Source: Eledone cirrhosa (taxonomy: Eukaryota). From it: a DNA stretch of 64,000 nucleotides. The translations under genes and the position numbers were made by a program. Location: positions 16,244,001 through 16,308,000 of the forward strand of contig OZ024764.1 in NCBI GenBank assembly GCA_964016885.1, in the 5' to 3' direction. Shown here piece after piece: positions 12,936-25,642 of this stretch. The notes below the pieces were generated by a model, which was not told where the DNA came from, made no database searches, and worked only from the letters and a program-made list of their open reading frames with translations. Position 1 is the first letter of the stretch. Every line of letters starts with the position of its first letter.

Positions 12936-13122
12936 TAATTGTTTCTACTTTAGGCACAAGGCCAGTAATTACCCAGTGCATTACTGGTACTTTTATTTTA
13001 TCGACCCCGTAAGGATGAAAGGCAAAGTCAACCTCGGCGGGATTTGAACTCAGATCGTAAAGGGACGTAACTATGCTGGAAAGCATGGCGTCCGACCCTC
13101 CACCGATACTGCCAATCCACCG
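12936..13122 (-). mobile_element. tRNA-derived SINE (family A, Meta-domain-like core)
   Basis: Near-identical reverse complement of 48654-48842. Confidence 0.9.
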
Positions 13123-13624
13123 AAAAAAATGAAATAATGAAAGGAAATACTTTTTTTTATTTTTGTTTTCAAAAATAGTCAGAGTTGTTAAGACATTGGA
13201 TAGAATTAAGGTATTCCTCGCACCTCACTCCGAGTTCAAATCCCACCGAGGTCAACTGTGCCCTTCATCTTTTCGACGGCGATAAAAAAAAGTACCAGTC
13301 CAGTCCTGGGGTCGATTCTTGCTCTATAGAAAAAATCCGCTGTGTTCAGACCTGGAGAGGGTTGGGCCCTGCCAGGTTTAAAAGTGCCCTAGACACACCA
13401 TATGATAGTGCCTCTACAACTCCACAAGGGGTTATGGTATCTTTATCCTTTTTATCCTATCTATATTGATAAATTGGAGACATATACAATAGAATACATA
13501 CTTCTTCTTTTACTGGTTTAAGTTGGTAGACTGTAGCCATGCTGGAGCATAATCTTAAGATGATTCCCAATACTTATTTTCTCAAACTCTTTTTGTCAAA
13601 GTGCTAAACAGTAACATAAACAAA

Positions 13625-14955
13625 AATATACATACAGACACATACATATATACATATATACACACACATATATACATACAGACACATACATATATACATA
13701 TATACACACACAAACACATATATACATACAGACACATACATATATACACACACAAACACATATATACACATACATATATACATACAGACACATACATATA
13801 TACATACAGACACATACATATATACATATATACACACACAAACACATATATACATACAGACACATACATATATACACACACAAACACATATATACATACA
13901 GACACATACATATATACATATATACACACACAAACACATATATACATACAGACACATACATATATACACACACAAACACATATATACACATACATATATA
14001 CATACAGACACATACATATATACATACAGACACATACATATATACACACACAAACACATATATACACATACATATATACATACAGACACATACATATATA
14101 CATACAGACACATACATATATACATATATACACACACAAACACATATATACATACAGACACATACATATACACACACACAAACACATATATACACATACA
14201 TATATACATACAGACACATACATATATACACACACAAACACATATATACACATACATATATACATACAGACACATACATATATACACACACAAACACATA
14301 TATACATACAGACACATACATATATACACACACAAACACATATATACACATACATATATACATACAGACACATACATATATACACACACAAACACATATA
14401 TACACATACATATATACATACAGACACATACATATATACATACAGACACATACATATATACATATATACACACACAAACACATATATACATACAGACACA
14501 TACATATACACACACACAAACACATATATACACATACATATATACATACAGACACATACATATATACACACACAAACACATATATACACATACATATATA
14601 CATACAGACACATACATATATACACACACAAACACATATATACATAGACACATACATATACACAAACACATATATACACATACATATATACATACAGACA
14701 CATACATATATACACACACAAACACATATATACACATACATATATACATACAGACACATACATATATACACACACAAACACATATATACACATACATATA
14801 TACATACAGACACATACATATATACACACACAAACACATATATACACATACATATATACATACAGACACATACATATATACACACACAAACACATATATA
14901 CACATACATATATACATAGAGACACATACATATATACACACACAAACACATATAT
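13625..14955. repeat. Compound CA/TA minisatellite (~18-58-bp subunits)
   Basis: CATACAGACACATACATATATACACACACAAACACATATATA repeated. The >400-aa ORFs are artefacts. Confidence 0.95.
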
Positions 14956-15254
14956 AAAATGTAACCTCGCTGGTTTCAACAATGAGTGATTCTGTCCTTT
15001 GATCAATAGAACAGCCTGCTTCTTAACAAGTGGCTGAGCATGTGTACTCTAAACATAATTCAAAGGGAGATGCACTGTGACACATATTTTTTCTTAAAAA
15101 TTAGTCTGAAAAATAAAATTTTACATTGTTTTGTTTGTTTGTTTGTTATTTCTTATTAATTAATTTTTTTTAAATGTTACTGTTTTGTGTAAAACACACC
15201 TGGCAGGTGTAAGGTGCGAATCTCTGGTTAAATTAGCTTCACATGAGACGATGA

Positions 15255-16430
15255 GCTGGTAAGGCCATGTCAAGAGCAGTGAGGGCTAGTATGGCCTTGT
15301 TGAGAGCAGTGAGGGCTGGTATGGCTTTGTCACAGGAAGGGCTGGTATGGCTTTGTCTAGCACAGGAAGGGTTGGTATGGTCTTGTCTAGCGCAGTGAGG
15401 GCAGGTATGGCCTTGTCGAGAGCAGTGAGGGCTGGTATGGCTTTGTCTAGCACAGGAAGGGTTGGTATGGTCTTGTCTAGCGCAGTGAGGGCTGGTATGG
15501 CCTTGTCACAGTGAGGGCTGGTATGGCCTTGTCACAGGGAGGGCTGGTATGGCTTTGTCTAGCACAGGAAGGGTTGGTATGGTCTTGTCTAGCGCAGTGA
15601 GGGCTGGTATGGCCTTGTCACAGTGAGGGCTGGTATGGCTTTGTCTAGCACAGCGAGGGCTGGTAACGTCTTGTCGAGCACAGTGACAAGTATGGCCTTG
15701 TCTAGCGCAGTGAGGGCTGGTATGGCCTTGTCACAGTGAGGGCTGGTGTGGCCTTGTCACAGTGAGGGCTGGTATGGCCGTCAAGCACAGTGAGGGCTAG
15801 TATGGCCTTGTTGAGCGCAGTGAGGGCTGGTATGGTCTTGTCTAGCACAGTGAGGGCTGGTATGGCCTTGTCGAGCGCAGTGAGGGCTGGTATGGTCTTG
15901 TTGAACGAAGTGAGGGCAGGTATGGCCTTGTCGAGAGCAGTGAGGGCTGGTATGGTCTTGTTGAACAAAGTGAGGGCTGGTATGGTCTTGTTGAACAAAG
16001 TGAGGGCTGGTATGGTCTTGTTGAACAAAGTGAGGGCTGGTATGGTCTTGTTGAACAAAGTGAGGGCTGGTATGGTCTTGTTGAACAAAGTGAGGGCAGG
16101 TATGGCCTTGTCGAGAGCAGTGAGAGCTGGTATGGTCTTGTTGAACAAAGTGAGGGCTGGTATGGTCTTGTTGAACAAAGTGAGGGCTGGTATGGTCTTG
16201 TTGAACAAAGTGAGGGCAGGTATGGCCTTGTCGAGAGCAGTGAGGGCTGGTATGGTCTTGTTGAACAAAGTGAGGGCTGGTATGGTCTTGTTGAACAAAG
16301 TGAGGGAAGGTATGGCCTTGTCGAGAGCAGTGAGGGCTGGTATGGTCTTGTTGAACGAAGTGAGGGCAGGTATGGCCTTGTCGAGAGCAGTGAGGGCTGG
16401 TATGGTCTTGTTGAACAAAGTGAGGGCTGG
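15255..16430. repeat. 30-bp GC-rich minisatellite
   Basis: GTGAGGGCTGGTATGGTCTTGTTGAACAAA and variants, in exact 30-bp register from ~15780 to 16430. Confidence 0.95.
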
Positions 16431-17027
16431 ATCAGCAAAGTGATGAATGTCGATCCAGGAGGCAGTAGAGGCCCAAGAAGACAAAAAGGACTTGAATGGA
16501 GGATGTCTGTTGGGATCAAGCTAGACTTGGCCGGCCTGGCCCATGTGAGACTGGGGGACAGAAACACCATGAAGTCGTCCCTCTGGGGCCACAACAAAAG
16601 TGCCCAGCCCTCACTATAAAGTGGTCGTGTTGGCGACACAACAAAAAGTGGCCAGTCCATGCTGTAAAGTACCCAGAACACACTGTAAATGTGGTTGGCG
16701 TTAGGAAGGGCACCCAGCCGTAGAAATATATATACATATATATATACTACATATATATATATATATATATGTGTACTACATATATATATACTATATATAT
16801 ATATACTATATATATATGTACTACATATATATATACTATATATATATGTAGTATATATATATGTACTACATATATATATACATATATATATACTACATAT
16901 ATATATATATGTACTACATATATATATACTATATATATATGTACTACATTATATATATATATATCAGAATGGGTGTGGTAAAAACCAGGTGGACCATAAC
17001 CCAACAGAGTACTCGATACTTAGGGTA

Positions 17028-17154
17028 ATAGGAAAAGAGTCAGGACCCCGACGGCTGAGCTCCGGCTATTTCAACAGCTAGATCCGAACTGAGTTTGAAT
17101 CTAGCTGTCGAAACAGCCAGAGCTCAGCCGTCGGGGTCCTGACTCTTTTCCTAT
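17028..17154. repeat. Near-perfect palindrome, 63-bp arms centred on 17091
   Basis: ATAGGAAAAGAGTCAGGACCCCGACGGCTGAGCTC... / ...GAGCTCAGCCGTCGGGGTCCTGACTCTTTTCCTAT. Single-arm relatives at ~11078-11123 and ~12785-12832. Confidence 0.9.
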
Positions 17155-17319
17155 ATATATAATATTATGATATTTGTAAATCGAACTTTAGTTGTTGTAC
17201 AGCAAGTACTATTCGATTTGTTTTGAGGCAATCACAAACCACTCAATCGATCGAAAGTTAAAAACAAATATATATATATATATATATATACATGATTAAT
17301 GAACATTAATCAGTATACA

Positions 17320-17619
17320 CTGAGGATGAAGAACTCAGAGCTGTACGGGAGCCTCCCAAAAGTCAGCTCAAAAGTGACACAGAGAAGACTGAGGTTGGCT
17401 GGACATGCTCACCGACATCCAGAGTTGACATTGCACTCAGTGCTCCTTTGGGAGCCCCTACATGGACACACTAGAAGAGGAAGACCAAGGTTAACGTATG
17501 TTGATGCCCTAAGGACAGACACTGGTCTGTTGGAGATGCAGGATATGGCAGCGATAATGAGGGACAGAGAACGCTGGAGAGAACTCGTCCATGGATCTCG
17601 GGAATTTTACCCGCCTTAG
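17320..17619 (+). mobile_element. RTE-like LINE 3' ORF fragment with (TAGA)n tail
   Basis: RRLRLAGHAHRH...GRPRLTYVD...RERWR, a typical RTE C-terminus. Confidence 0.85.
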
Positions 17620-17784
17620 ATAGATAGATAGATAGATATATACATACACACACGCAGACTTCACAGGCCTATCTGGAAGGTCAGTAGCCCCACTTCAGTA
17701 CTGGCTTCGTCTATATACACCCGTCGTCCAACGCTTGCTAGCAGGTAATGTGAATGTTAAATGATGATGATGACAACAAAAGAC

Positions 17785-18310
17785 CATATGGCCATCTAGC
17801 GAGACCGCACCTAGAATATGGCATCCAAGCATCAAACCCATATCTCATCCGGGATATCCATCACTTGGAGGTCGTTCAACGACTAGCGACTCGAATGGTA
17901 CAGGGTCTTCATGAGCTGCCCTACAAAAGCCGGCTGCAGAAGCTGAACCTCTTCTCCTTGGAGCCTCGACGGCTAAGAGGCGATCTCATTTTGGCTTACA
18001 ATCTCCCTCAACATCTCCTATTCACTCCGGCACTTGAAAGGGGTCTACGTGGACATGACAAAAAGCTGCTTCAGCGCCGCCTTCACCTAAATAGACAGAA
18101 AGCTGCTTTCTTGATCCGCATCTCTGGACCCTGGAATCGGCTTCCAGAAGAAGTAGTCAACACGTCAACCACGCAACAATTCAAGGCGAAAATGGACCGC
18201 TGTTGGACCCCTGTGTTTCAGACTGTGTAAATGTTGCCCCCCTCCTTACATGGCATCTGAAGCATCTATGTTTTAATTTCTGCCAAATATATTGAACTGA
18301 ATTTAATTGA
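17785..18310 (+). mobile_element. CR1/L2-group LINE 3' fragment
   Basis: RPHLEY...VQRLATRM...RRLRGDLI...WNRLPEEVV. Confidence 0.85.
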
Positions 18311-18352
18311 ATTGTTGTTATGTAATGGAGCCTGATATATATATATATATAC

Positions 18353-19372
18353 TTAGGCTTCTATATGAGTACGTACATGATTTGATAAGGTATCTTTTCT
18401 CGAGAATGATTTACCACAGTTATTACATTGATAAGGTCTTTCTCCTGTATGGATACGCTTGTGTCTAGTTAAGCCATCACATTTAATAAATGATATACCA
18501 CAGACATCACAGTGATATGGTTTCTCTCCTGTATGACTACGTATATGAATAGTTAAAGTACTACCTTCAGTGAATGATTTACCACAGATATCACAGTGAT
18601 ATGGTTTCTCTCCTGTATGGACACGCTTGTGAAGATTTAACTGACCACAATTAGAGAATGATTTACCACAGATATCACAGTGATATGGTTTCTCTCCAGT
18701 ATGAATGTGTTTGTGAGTATTTAAACTACTACGTTTACTGAATGATCTACCACAGATATCACAGTGATATGGTTTCTCTCCTGTATGAATACGCTTGTGA
18801 GTGCTTAGGTTACTATTCATAAAGAATGATTTACCACAGATATCACAGTGATATGGTTTCTCTCCACTATGAATGCGTTTGTGTCCACTTAAACTACCAC
18901 CTTCAGCAAATGATTTACCACAGATATCACAATGATATGGTTTCTCTCCTGTATGAATACGTTTGTGAATAGTTAAGTCACCGCTTCGAGAGAATGATTT
19001 ACCACAAATATCGCAGTGAAATGGTTTCTCTCCTGTATGAAGACGCTTGTGCGTAGTTAAGCTATCACATTTAGAGAATGATTTACCACAGATATCACAA
19101 AGATATGGTTTCTCTCCAGTATGAATGCGTTTGTGAGTAGTCAAGTTTTCACCTTTAGAGAATGATTTACCGCAAATATCACAGTGATATGGTTTCTCTC
19201 CTGTATGAATACGTTTGTGAATGTTTAGGGAACCATTTGTAAAGAATGATTTACCACAGATATTACAGTGATATGGTTTCTCTCCTGTATGAATACGTTT
19301 GTGAATAGTTAAACTACTACTTGCAGTGAATGATTTACCACAGACATCACACTGGTAAGATAATTTCTCCAT
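18353..19372 (-). CDS. C2H2 zinc-finger protein, 12 tandem fingers, no KRAB domain seen (339 aa from ATG 19372)
   Basis: Uninterrupted ORF with 12 x CxxC..H..H joined by TGEKPY-type linkers; single coding exon; candidate acceptor tttcag ahead of 19693. Confidence 0.93.
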   Translation of the reverse strand: MEKLSYQCDVCGKSFTASSSLTIHKRIHTGEKPYHCNICGKSFFTNGSLNIHKRIHTGEKPYHCDICGKSFSKGENLTTHKRIHTGEKPYLCDICGKSFSKCDSLTTHKRLHTGEKPFHCDICGKSFSRSGDLTIHKRIHTGEKPYHCDICGKSFAEGGSLSGHKRIHSGEKPYHCDICGKSFFMNSNLSTHKRIHTGEKPYHCDICGRSFSKRSSLNTHKHIHTGEKPYHCDICGKSFSNCGQLNLHKRVHTGEKPYHCDICGKSFTEGSTLTIHIRSHTGEKPYHCDVCGISFIKCDGLTRHKRIHTGERPYQCNNCGKSFSRKDTLSNHVRTHIEA

Positions 19373-19926
19373 CTTTTTCAATATCTCTTTGTGAATAATT
19401 AAGCCTTTAATTTTTTCATATAATCAAATTTTTCCACAATTTTCCTTCTCTCAGAATATAAATATTTCGTCTCAGCTATATTTCCATCAACAGGGATTTT
19501 TGTTAATATCTGAAGATCTTTCAACCCTTTTTGTAAATTGATCCAAGTTTAATTACAATAAAACATCTTGTAATATGAAGAGAAATGTTGCTATTAATCT
19601 CAGTTGTGAGGAAATATTCCACCATAGATTTATATAAACAGGATTATATCTTTTCTATATAACTGTACACTTTAGTCAATGTCATCTGATACTCTGAAAT
19701 ATTAAAGAAACAGTATGAGAGATAATAGAGAATATTTAAAAAGTAAAGATTTAATAATTGTTTCTACGTTAGGCACAAGGCCAGCAATTACCCAGTGTAT
19801 TACTGGTACTTTATTTTATCGACCTCGTAAGGATGAAAGGCAAAGTTAACCTCGAATAATGGTTTCTTATATAGGCAGCGTTGTTTCATCCATGTTGGTT
19901 ATGTCGGGTTGCATTGCCTGGATATA

Positions 19927-20092
19927 CCACATTTCCCAGCACCGAAGACCCTTCGTCCTCAAGGACTCACCCTAATTTTGACAACCAAAAATTTGAAAAA
20001 ATATAATGAACAACCTTCAGCCTCCAGGACGCATGGTAGATTTTTGAGAATTATTTTAGGAAAAAAGTAGTCTTCGACACCGGGAAATACGG
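19927..20092. mobile_element. Tc1/mariner/pogo-type MITE
   Basis: TA-CCACATTTCCCAGCACCGAAGAC ... GTCTTCGACACCGGGAAATACGG-TA: imperfect TIRs with TA flanks. Confidence 0.65.
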
Positions 20093-20136
20093 TAGTTTGG
20101 CTGGCTGTTTCTTGAGATTCTGCCAGACTTCTCTGT

Positions 20137-20270
20137 TCTTGTCTGATGAGCCTGTGATAAACAGGCGAAACTCCAGACTATCACTATTTAGCCTTAATAA
20201 ATAAATATTAAAACTCTCCTTTGGTATCAAGTAGTTTTCTCTCAGCCGTCAACCACATAAGGATAAATAT
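20137..20270 (+). mobile_element. Penelope-like terminal-repeat remnant with hammerhead core (cleavage site deleted)
   Basis: UCUUGU-CUGAUGA-GCCUGU-GAUAA-ACAGGC-GAAACUCCAGA. Downstream sequence aligns with 23183-23295, which retains GAGUA. Confidence 0.65.
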
Positions 20271-20379
20271 ACAAAGTGCCTACGTGCAAAGTTAACCTAC
20301 AGTCAGTAGGCACCTCTTAACCAAATACACACCCCAACCCACTACCCCTATTCAACTCCCACCAACACCACCCTTTCTC

Positions 20380-20665
20380 TATAAAGTTATGTTGGTACCA
20401 CAACATCCAGTCCAAACTAATGAGATCGTGTAGGTGTCACGACAAAATAACAGTCTACACTGTAATGTGGCCGTGTAGGTAACACAGTAAAAACCTCCCA
20501 GTCCACACTGTAAAGTGGTTGGTGTTAGGAAGGGCATCCAGCCGTAGAAAACCCGCCATACAGTCCTATACGAGCGAGACACGGTCACCCGATTAATCTT
20601 GCCTCAAATGGAACAATTTCCGTCTAACCCATGCTAGCGTGGAAGATAGATGTTAAACGAAGATT
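20380..20665 (+). mobile_element. Non-autonomous RTE-related 3'-end repeat (other copies ~26480-26730 -, 29590-29880 +, 38395-38710 -, 41275-41450 -, 44000-44203 +)
   Basis: Shared GGTTGGTGTTAGGAAGGGCATCCAGCCGTAGAAAA core; most copies end in a (GAT)n tail. Confidence 0.8.
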
Positions 20666-21075
20666 ATATACAACATAGAGAGGAAAAACACAGGAGAGTG
20701 TGTTTTCAAGGAAAACTCTTTCCTTTAAACTCATTGAATTACAGGATTCGACGCGAGTCCTTTACTCCGTTATTTTGTTTGTACTAGATTTTTTATATAA
20801 TACATCGTAGTTTAGATAATAATCTAGATTATTATTGATTTGTGTTGTTATTGTTAAAATCTGTGATATTTGAGACAATGTACTGGACAATAGAATTAAT
20901 ATCAATGTCTGACTAACAACAACAATAGTTTCCACTTTAATTAATTAGAGGTGGCTAAATTACACATGTTCACCATAACGTTTTATATTTCCAATAATGA
21001 AAGAAAGAAAAACCAATATTTCTCATGCGAGAAGTGTTAACGTAAGTCTACAATATTAGCAGACATAATACTTAC

Positions 21076-21190
21076 ATTATTGAATACTTTCACATCTTTA
21101 ATACTTTCTAGATGTTTTAAAATTACTAGTTTGTTGATAAAAACCTACAAGTAGTGAAGACGGAAGTGGAAAACGGGACTACTGCGCATG
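21076..21190 (-). promoter_or_regulatory. Putative promoter and non-coding first exon of the ZNF gene
   Basis: ETS-type CGGAAGTG (21161-21168), NRF1-like half site TGCGCATG (~21183-21190), and a GTAAGT donor at 21075 that would pair with the acceptor at 19694. Confidence 0.45.
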
Positions 21191-21591
21191 TCTATATGTA
21201 AAGGGAGACTACTCTCATTACATTTCTTTTACTTTCAATATTACTATAACTTTTGAGGTTTAAAATATAACTTAAATATAACGTAAAGTTTTAGATAGAC
21301 ATCTAACGTTGATATTTCGTCTTTACATTAGATAGATGACCGACCAATAAACTTTATATAGTGTGTGACTGTTTCAGGAAACTTCACCTTTCCGACTTGT
21401 AAATCAAACATTCTATCTGGTTACGGCAAGCAACACAACATATAACTGAGAAGGTTGGCCATCTGCTAGAAAAATGAAATATTCAGCACCAGGTGTGACA
21501 ATCTGCAACAACCTCATACCTTGGGGGTTAACTACACACTTTCTGGCAAGCCAACATGCTCGCAGCATTATCACGAGTGAAATAACCAGCT

Positions 21592-21770
21592 ATCCTCACG
21601 GCTATCACCTGACACCTCAGTAGGACTGGGTGATGGCGAGGCTAAGGTACTGAAACAGCCAGGCACCCTCACGGGCATCACCCGATACCTCAGTAGGACT
21701 GGGTGATGGCGAGGCTAAGGTACTGAAACAGCCAGGCACCCTCACGGGCATCACCCGATACCTCAGTAAG
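21592..21770. repeat. 67-bp GC-rich tandem duplication (~2.5 copies)
   Basis: CCTCACGGGCATCACCCGATACCTCAGTAGGACTGGGTGATGGCGAGGCTAAGGTACTGAAACAGCCAGGCAC repeated. Confidence 0.85.
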
Positions 21771-22664
21771 GTGAGCCGCCAGTGATAACAAGAACTTCGC
21801 TGTCAGCGGCCCAACTCCTTCGAACGGCACAGGCTGGCAGAAATAATTATTAGATTCTTTAAATGTCCATTTACTTTTGTAATAAATTCACTTATACTTC
21901 ATTTACCGAATTAGAATCACATGAAAAAAGAAGTAAGAATAAAATATTTATTTCAACGTAACATATCGTAACGAATCTCGCGAGGGCGCTTGATTGTCCC
22001 AGCACCTCAGCCCCGCCATCACTGCCAGTGTGCTGGCTTGCCTCAATAATCATTAGAGAGGTTTCCCAGTGCCCCTCGTTGCTGTCTTTTGCTCTGGTGT
22101 TGGCTCCGTTGTTCACCCCTTCCTTTACATTTTTGGAATATATCTTTCTGACAGAATCGCGAGCAATTTATAATTGTTTCTACTTTAGGCACAAGGCCAG
22201 CAAATAGACAGTGCATTACTGGTACTTTATTTTATCGACCCCGTAAGGATGAAAGGCAAAGTCAACCTCGGCGGGATTTGAACTCAGATCGTAAAGGGGC
22301 GAGCAATTTATAATGTTGTCTAAACATTTGTTATGTTATTTATGTATATATTTAAAAGATATTTGTTATGTTATTCTACTGTAAATTTATTTATATGCTC
22401 TGTATAATAAATTTCCCACATAAAAGTCTATTTATGTTTCATGAAACTATCGTCAGTTTTGTTAGACATTTTAGTAAATATTAACTTTTCAGTCGTTTTT
22501 TTTCCTTCTCCGTAAAACACGTCAGTGTATGTTGGAGCTCTGAAATAGCGATGTGTCTATGAATATAGGTATTGTATATTAAACAATATACTGTATGTTT
22601 AAATAGACATATAGTATATTATTAAATATACAATACGTAAATTCATATATATATAATATATATA

Positions 22665-22701
<37 letters not shown>

Positions 22702-22860
22702 GTATATATATATATAATGTATATATATATATAATGTATATGTGTGTATATATACATATGTAAGCATGTACACACGCATATACTGTATATATATCGACAA
22801 ATACATACGTGTATATATAAATCAATATTTATTTATATATATATATACATACATACGTAT

Positions 22861-22902
<42 letters not shown>

Positions 22903-23345
22903 ATACAATAATTTTCATTATTGTTATTATTACATACGCATGAGTAATACACGTATACAGGTGAAAATCAAGGTGCGACATTAATCAGTATTGACATTGT
23001 AGGTGAACAGGACAAGCCGCACCTATATATACTTATAGAAAGGAAAGACAGGGGAAGGGAAGCACTTTATTCATACGTAAAGCCACACAGATAAAGATAG
23101 GTGTGTGTATATATTTATTTATTCGGAAGTGTATTCATTCGTCAGGCCACACAGAGAGATATATTCGGAAGTTTATATAGTAAGGCGAAACTCCAGAGTA
23201 ACCAGACTCACTATTTAGCCTTAATAAAATGAAAATTTAAACTGAACTTCAGTATTGAGTACTCATTTCTCTCGGCTGTCAACTCCATACGGATATATAT
23301 ATAATATAATATATATATTAATTACCTAGCTAACAAGCAAGTACC

Positions 23346-23801
23346 ATGAGTAACAACACGTCGCCAGTTATCAGCCACGAAGAGATTCACACGACCGCAC
23401 CAACAATAACACACGCCAGAGTTGACCCTTCACAAAATGTGGCCCATTACAATAAATCCGGCGGCAGCTTCATTACCAAGACCAGGCCAACCTTCCCAGT
23501 CATTGTCCAAGGAAGTAAGCAGTCTCAAAAGCCGAAGGACTACGTCAATTGGTCCTGTTTTATTATTCTCGCCTGTAACTTCGTACTTGGCCTCTTCGGG
23601 CGACATTATGGATTAAAATCGAATTATGCCTGGCAACTGGGGGACCTGAACACGGCCAAGAAACAGTCGAAACGGGCCTTTATGTTCGTTGTTTTTGGAA
23701 TCATATGTGGACTTCTAACATATAGTCTGGCCCTTATGCTATATCTATTATATATCCGACATAAACCTTTACCGCTTTTAAAGCAAGGACCGTACGGTTA
23801 A
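23346..23801 (+). CDS. CD225/dispanin-family membrane protein (PRRT/TMEM233/SynDIG-like), 151 aa
   Basis: Low-complexity N-terminus, then PKDY-hydrophobic segment-C..LG...-GDLNTAKKQSKRA-transmembrane helix, which is the CD225 layout. Good Kozak context (ACCATGA); normal codon complexity. Confidence 0.8.
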   Translation: MSNNTSPVISHEEIHTTAPTITHARVDPSQNVAHYNKSGGSFITKTRPTFPVIVQGSKQSQKPKDYVNWSCFIILACNFVLGLFGRHYGLKSNYAWQLGDLNTAKKQSKRAFMFVVFGIICGLLTYSLALMLYLLYIRHKPLPLLKQGPYG

Positions 23802-24054
23802 ACAAACTATCCTTTATATTCTATTATATATATATATATATATATATATAGAATAAAAAGCAATTAAGCTAATCAGGAGAAGAGAAAAGTGATTAGTTAT
23901 GCAGATTATAAGCCGGTAGATACAAGGTATTCATGAACATTTGTTGTTCTCCCCAGCAATATAAATATATATATATATGGAATATGATATACATGTATAT
24001 AACTTGATTATAAAACTTAAGTGGATACCTATATATATATATGTTTACATACAT

Positions 24055-24085
<31 letters not shown>

Positions 24086-24169
24086 GTTACCTTTCGTGTT
24101 TTATATTCTCATATCATCTATCTTTTATATTTTATATTATTTTATTGGAACTTTCCTTCTTTTTTTTAT

Positions 24170-25204
24170 CGAAAACACACACAAACACAGATATACTCTT
24201 ACACATACACACACAGGCATTTATATAATACATGCACACACATGTGTGTGTCTATATGTATATCCGTATGCATTTGTATGCGTATATCTATATGCATTTG
24301 TATATGTGTGTGTGCGTATATCTATATGCATTTGTATGTGTGTGTGCGCGTATATCTATATGCATTTGTATATGTGTGTGCGTATATCTATATGCATTTG
24401 TATATGTGTGTGTGCGTATATCTATATGCATTTGTATATGTGTGTGTGTGCGTATATCTATATGCATTTGTATATGTGTGTGTGCGTATATCTATATGCA
24501 TTTGTATGTGTGTATATACACATATACAAATGCATATAGATATACGTATACACAGTAGGCGCACACATGAATACACCTGCATGCTCACACACACACTCCT
24601 GAATACCTGTATACATATACACCTGTGTATACTTACACGCCTATGTACACACATATATATATACAAAAACACACAAACTTGTGTATAGTTATACACACAT
24701 ACTTATACACACCTGTACACACACACACACACACATACTTATACACACCTGTATACACACATACTTCTACACACCTGTACACATACACCTGTGTATATTT
24801 ACACACATACTTCTACACACCTGTACACACACACACATACACATACATACATGCAGTACACACACACATACATGCACGTATACACATACACATTCATGTA
24901 TATACACACACACACATGCAGGTATACACACACACACACACACACGTTCGTATATACACACTTATACATACTGGTATATACACAATGAGACCATTAAAAG
25001 GTCACCCGAGCTGCTAGCCATAGATACTATATCTTCCTCAATCAAGACAATAGGGTCTTTGTAAATATATAGGTCGGCCATAGAAATACTTTATGCATTC
25101 CTAGATATCTCTAGACGACGGGTTGGCCATGGTTAAAATGTCTTAATAATAGCATATATATAGAAATATATACGTATATTTATATATATAGAAATATATA
25201 CGTA

Positions 25205-25262
<58 letters not shown>

Positions 25263-25597
25263 TATACGTATATTTATATATATATATATATATATACGTA
25301 TATTTATATATATTTATATATATATATATATATATACATATATATACGTATATTTATATATATATATATATATATATACATATATATACGTATATATATA
25401 TATACATATATATACGTATATTTATATATATATATATATACATATATATACATACATATAATTATTTCTATATATACACATATAATAATACCATATTTAT
25501 ATACACATATACATAATCATAGAAACATATATATATATATATATACATAGTTTATAGTTAAATATATACATACATATAATTGTTTCTATATATACAA

Positions 25598-25642
<45 letters not shown>

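Noticed and set aside
13582-15006. Long ORFs (up to 474 aa) rich in Y/I/C/V/M/H/T here and at 13-1132, 24041-26500 and 35272-36065
   Set aside because: Translations of stop-free microsatellites.
15702-16681. PALTLFNKTI-repeat protein
   Set aside because: A 30-bp minisatellite open on both strands with no unique domain.
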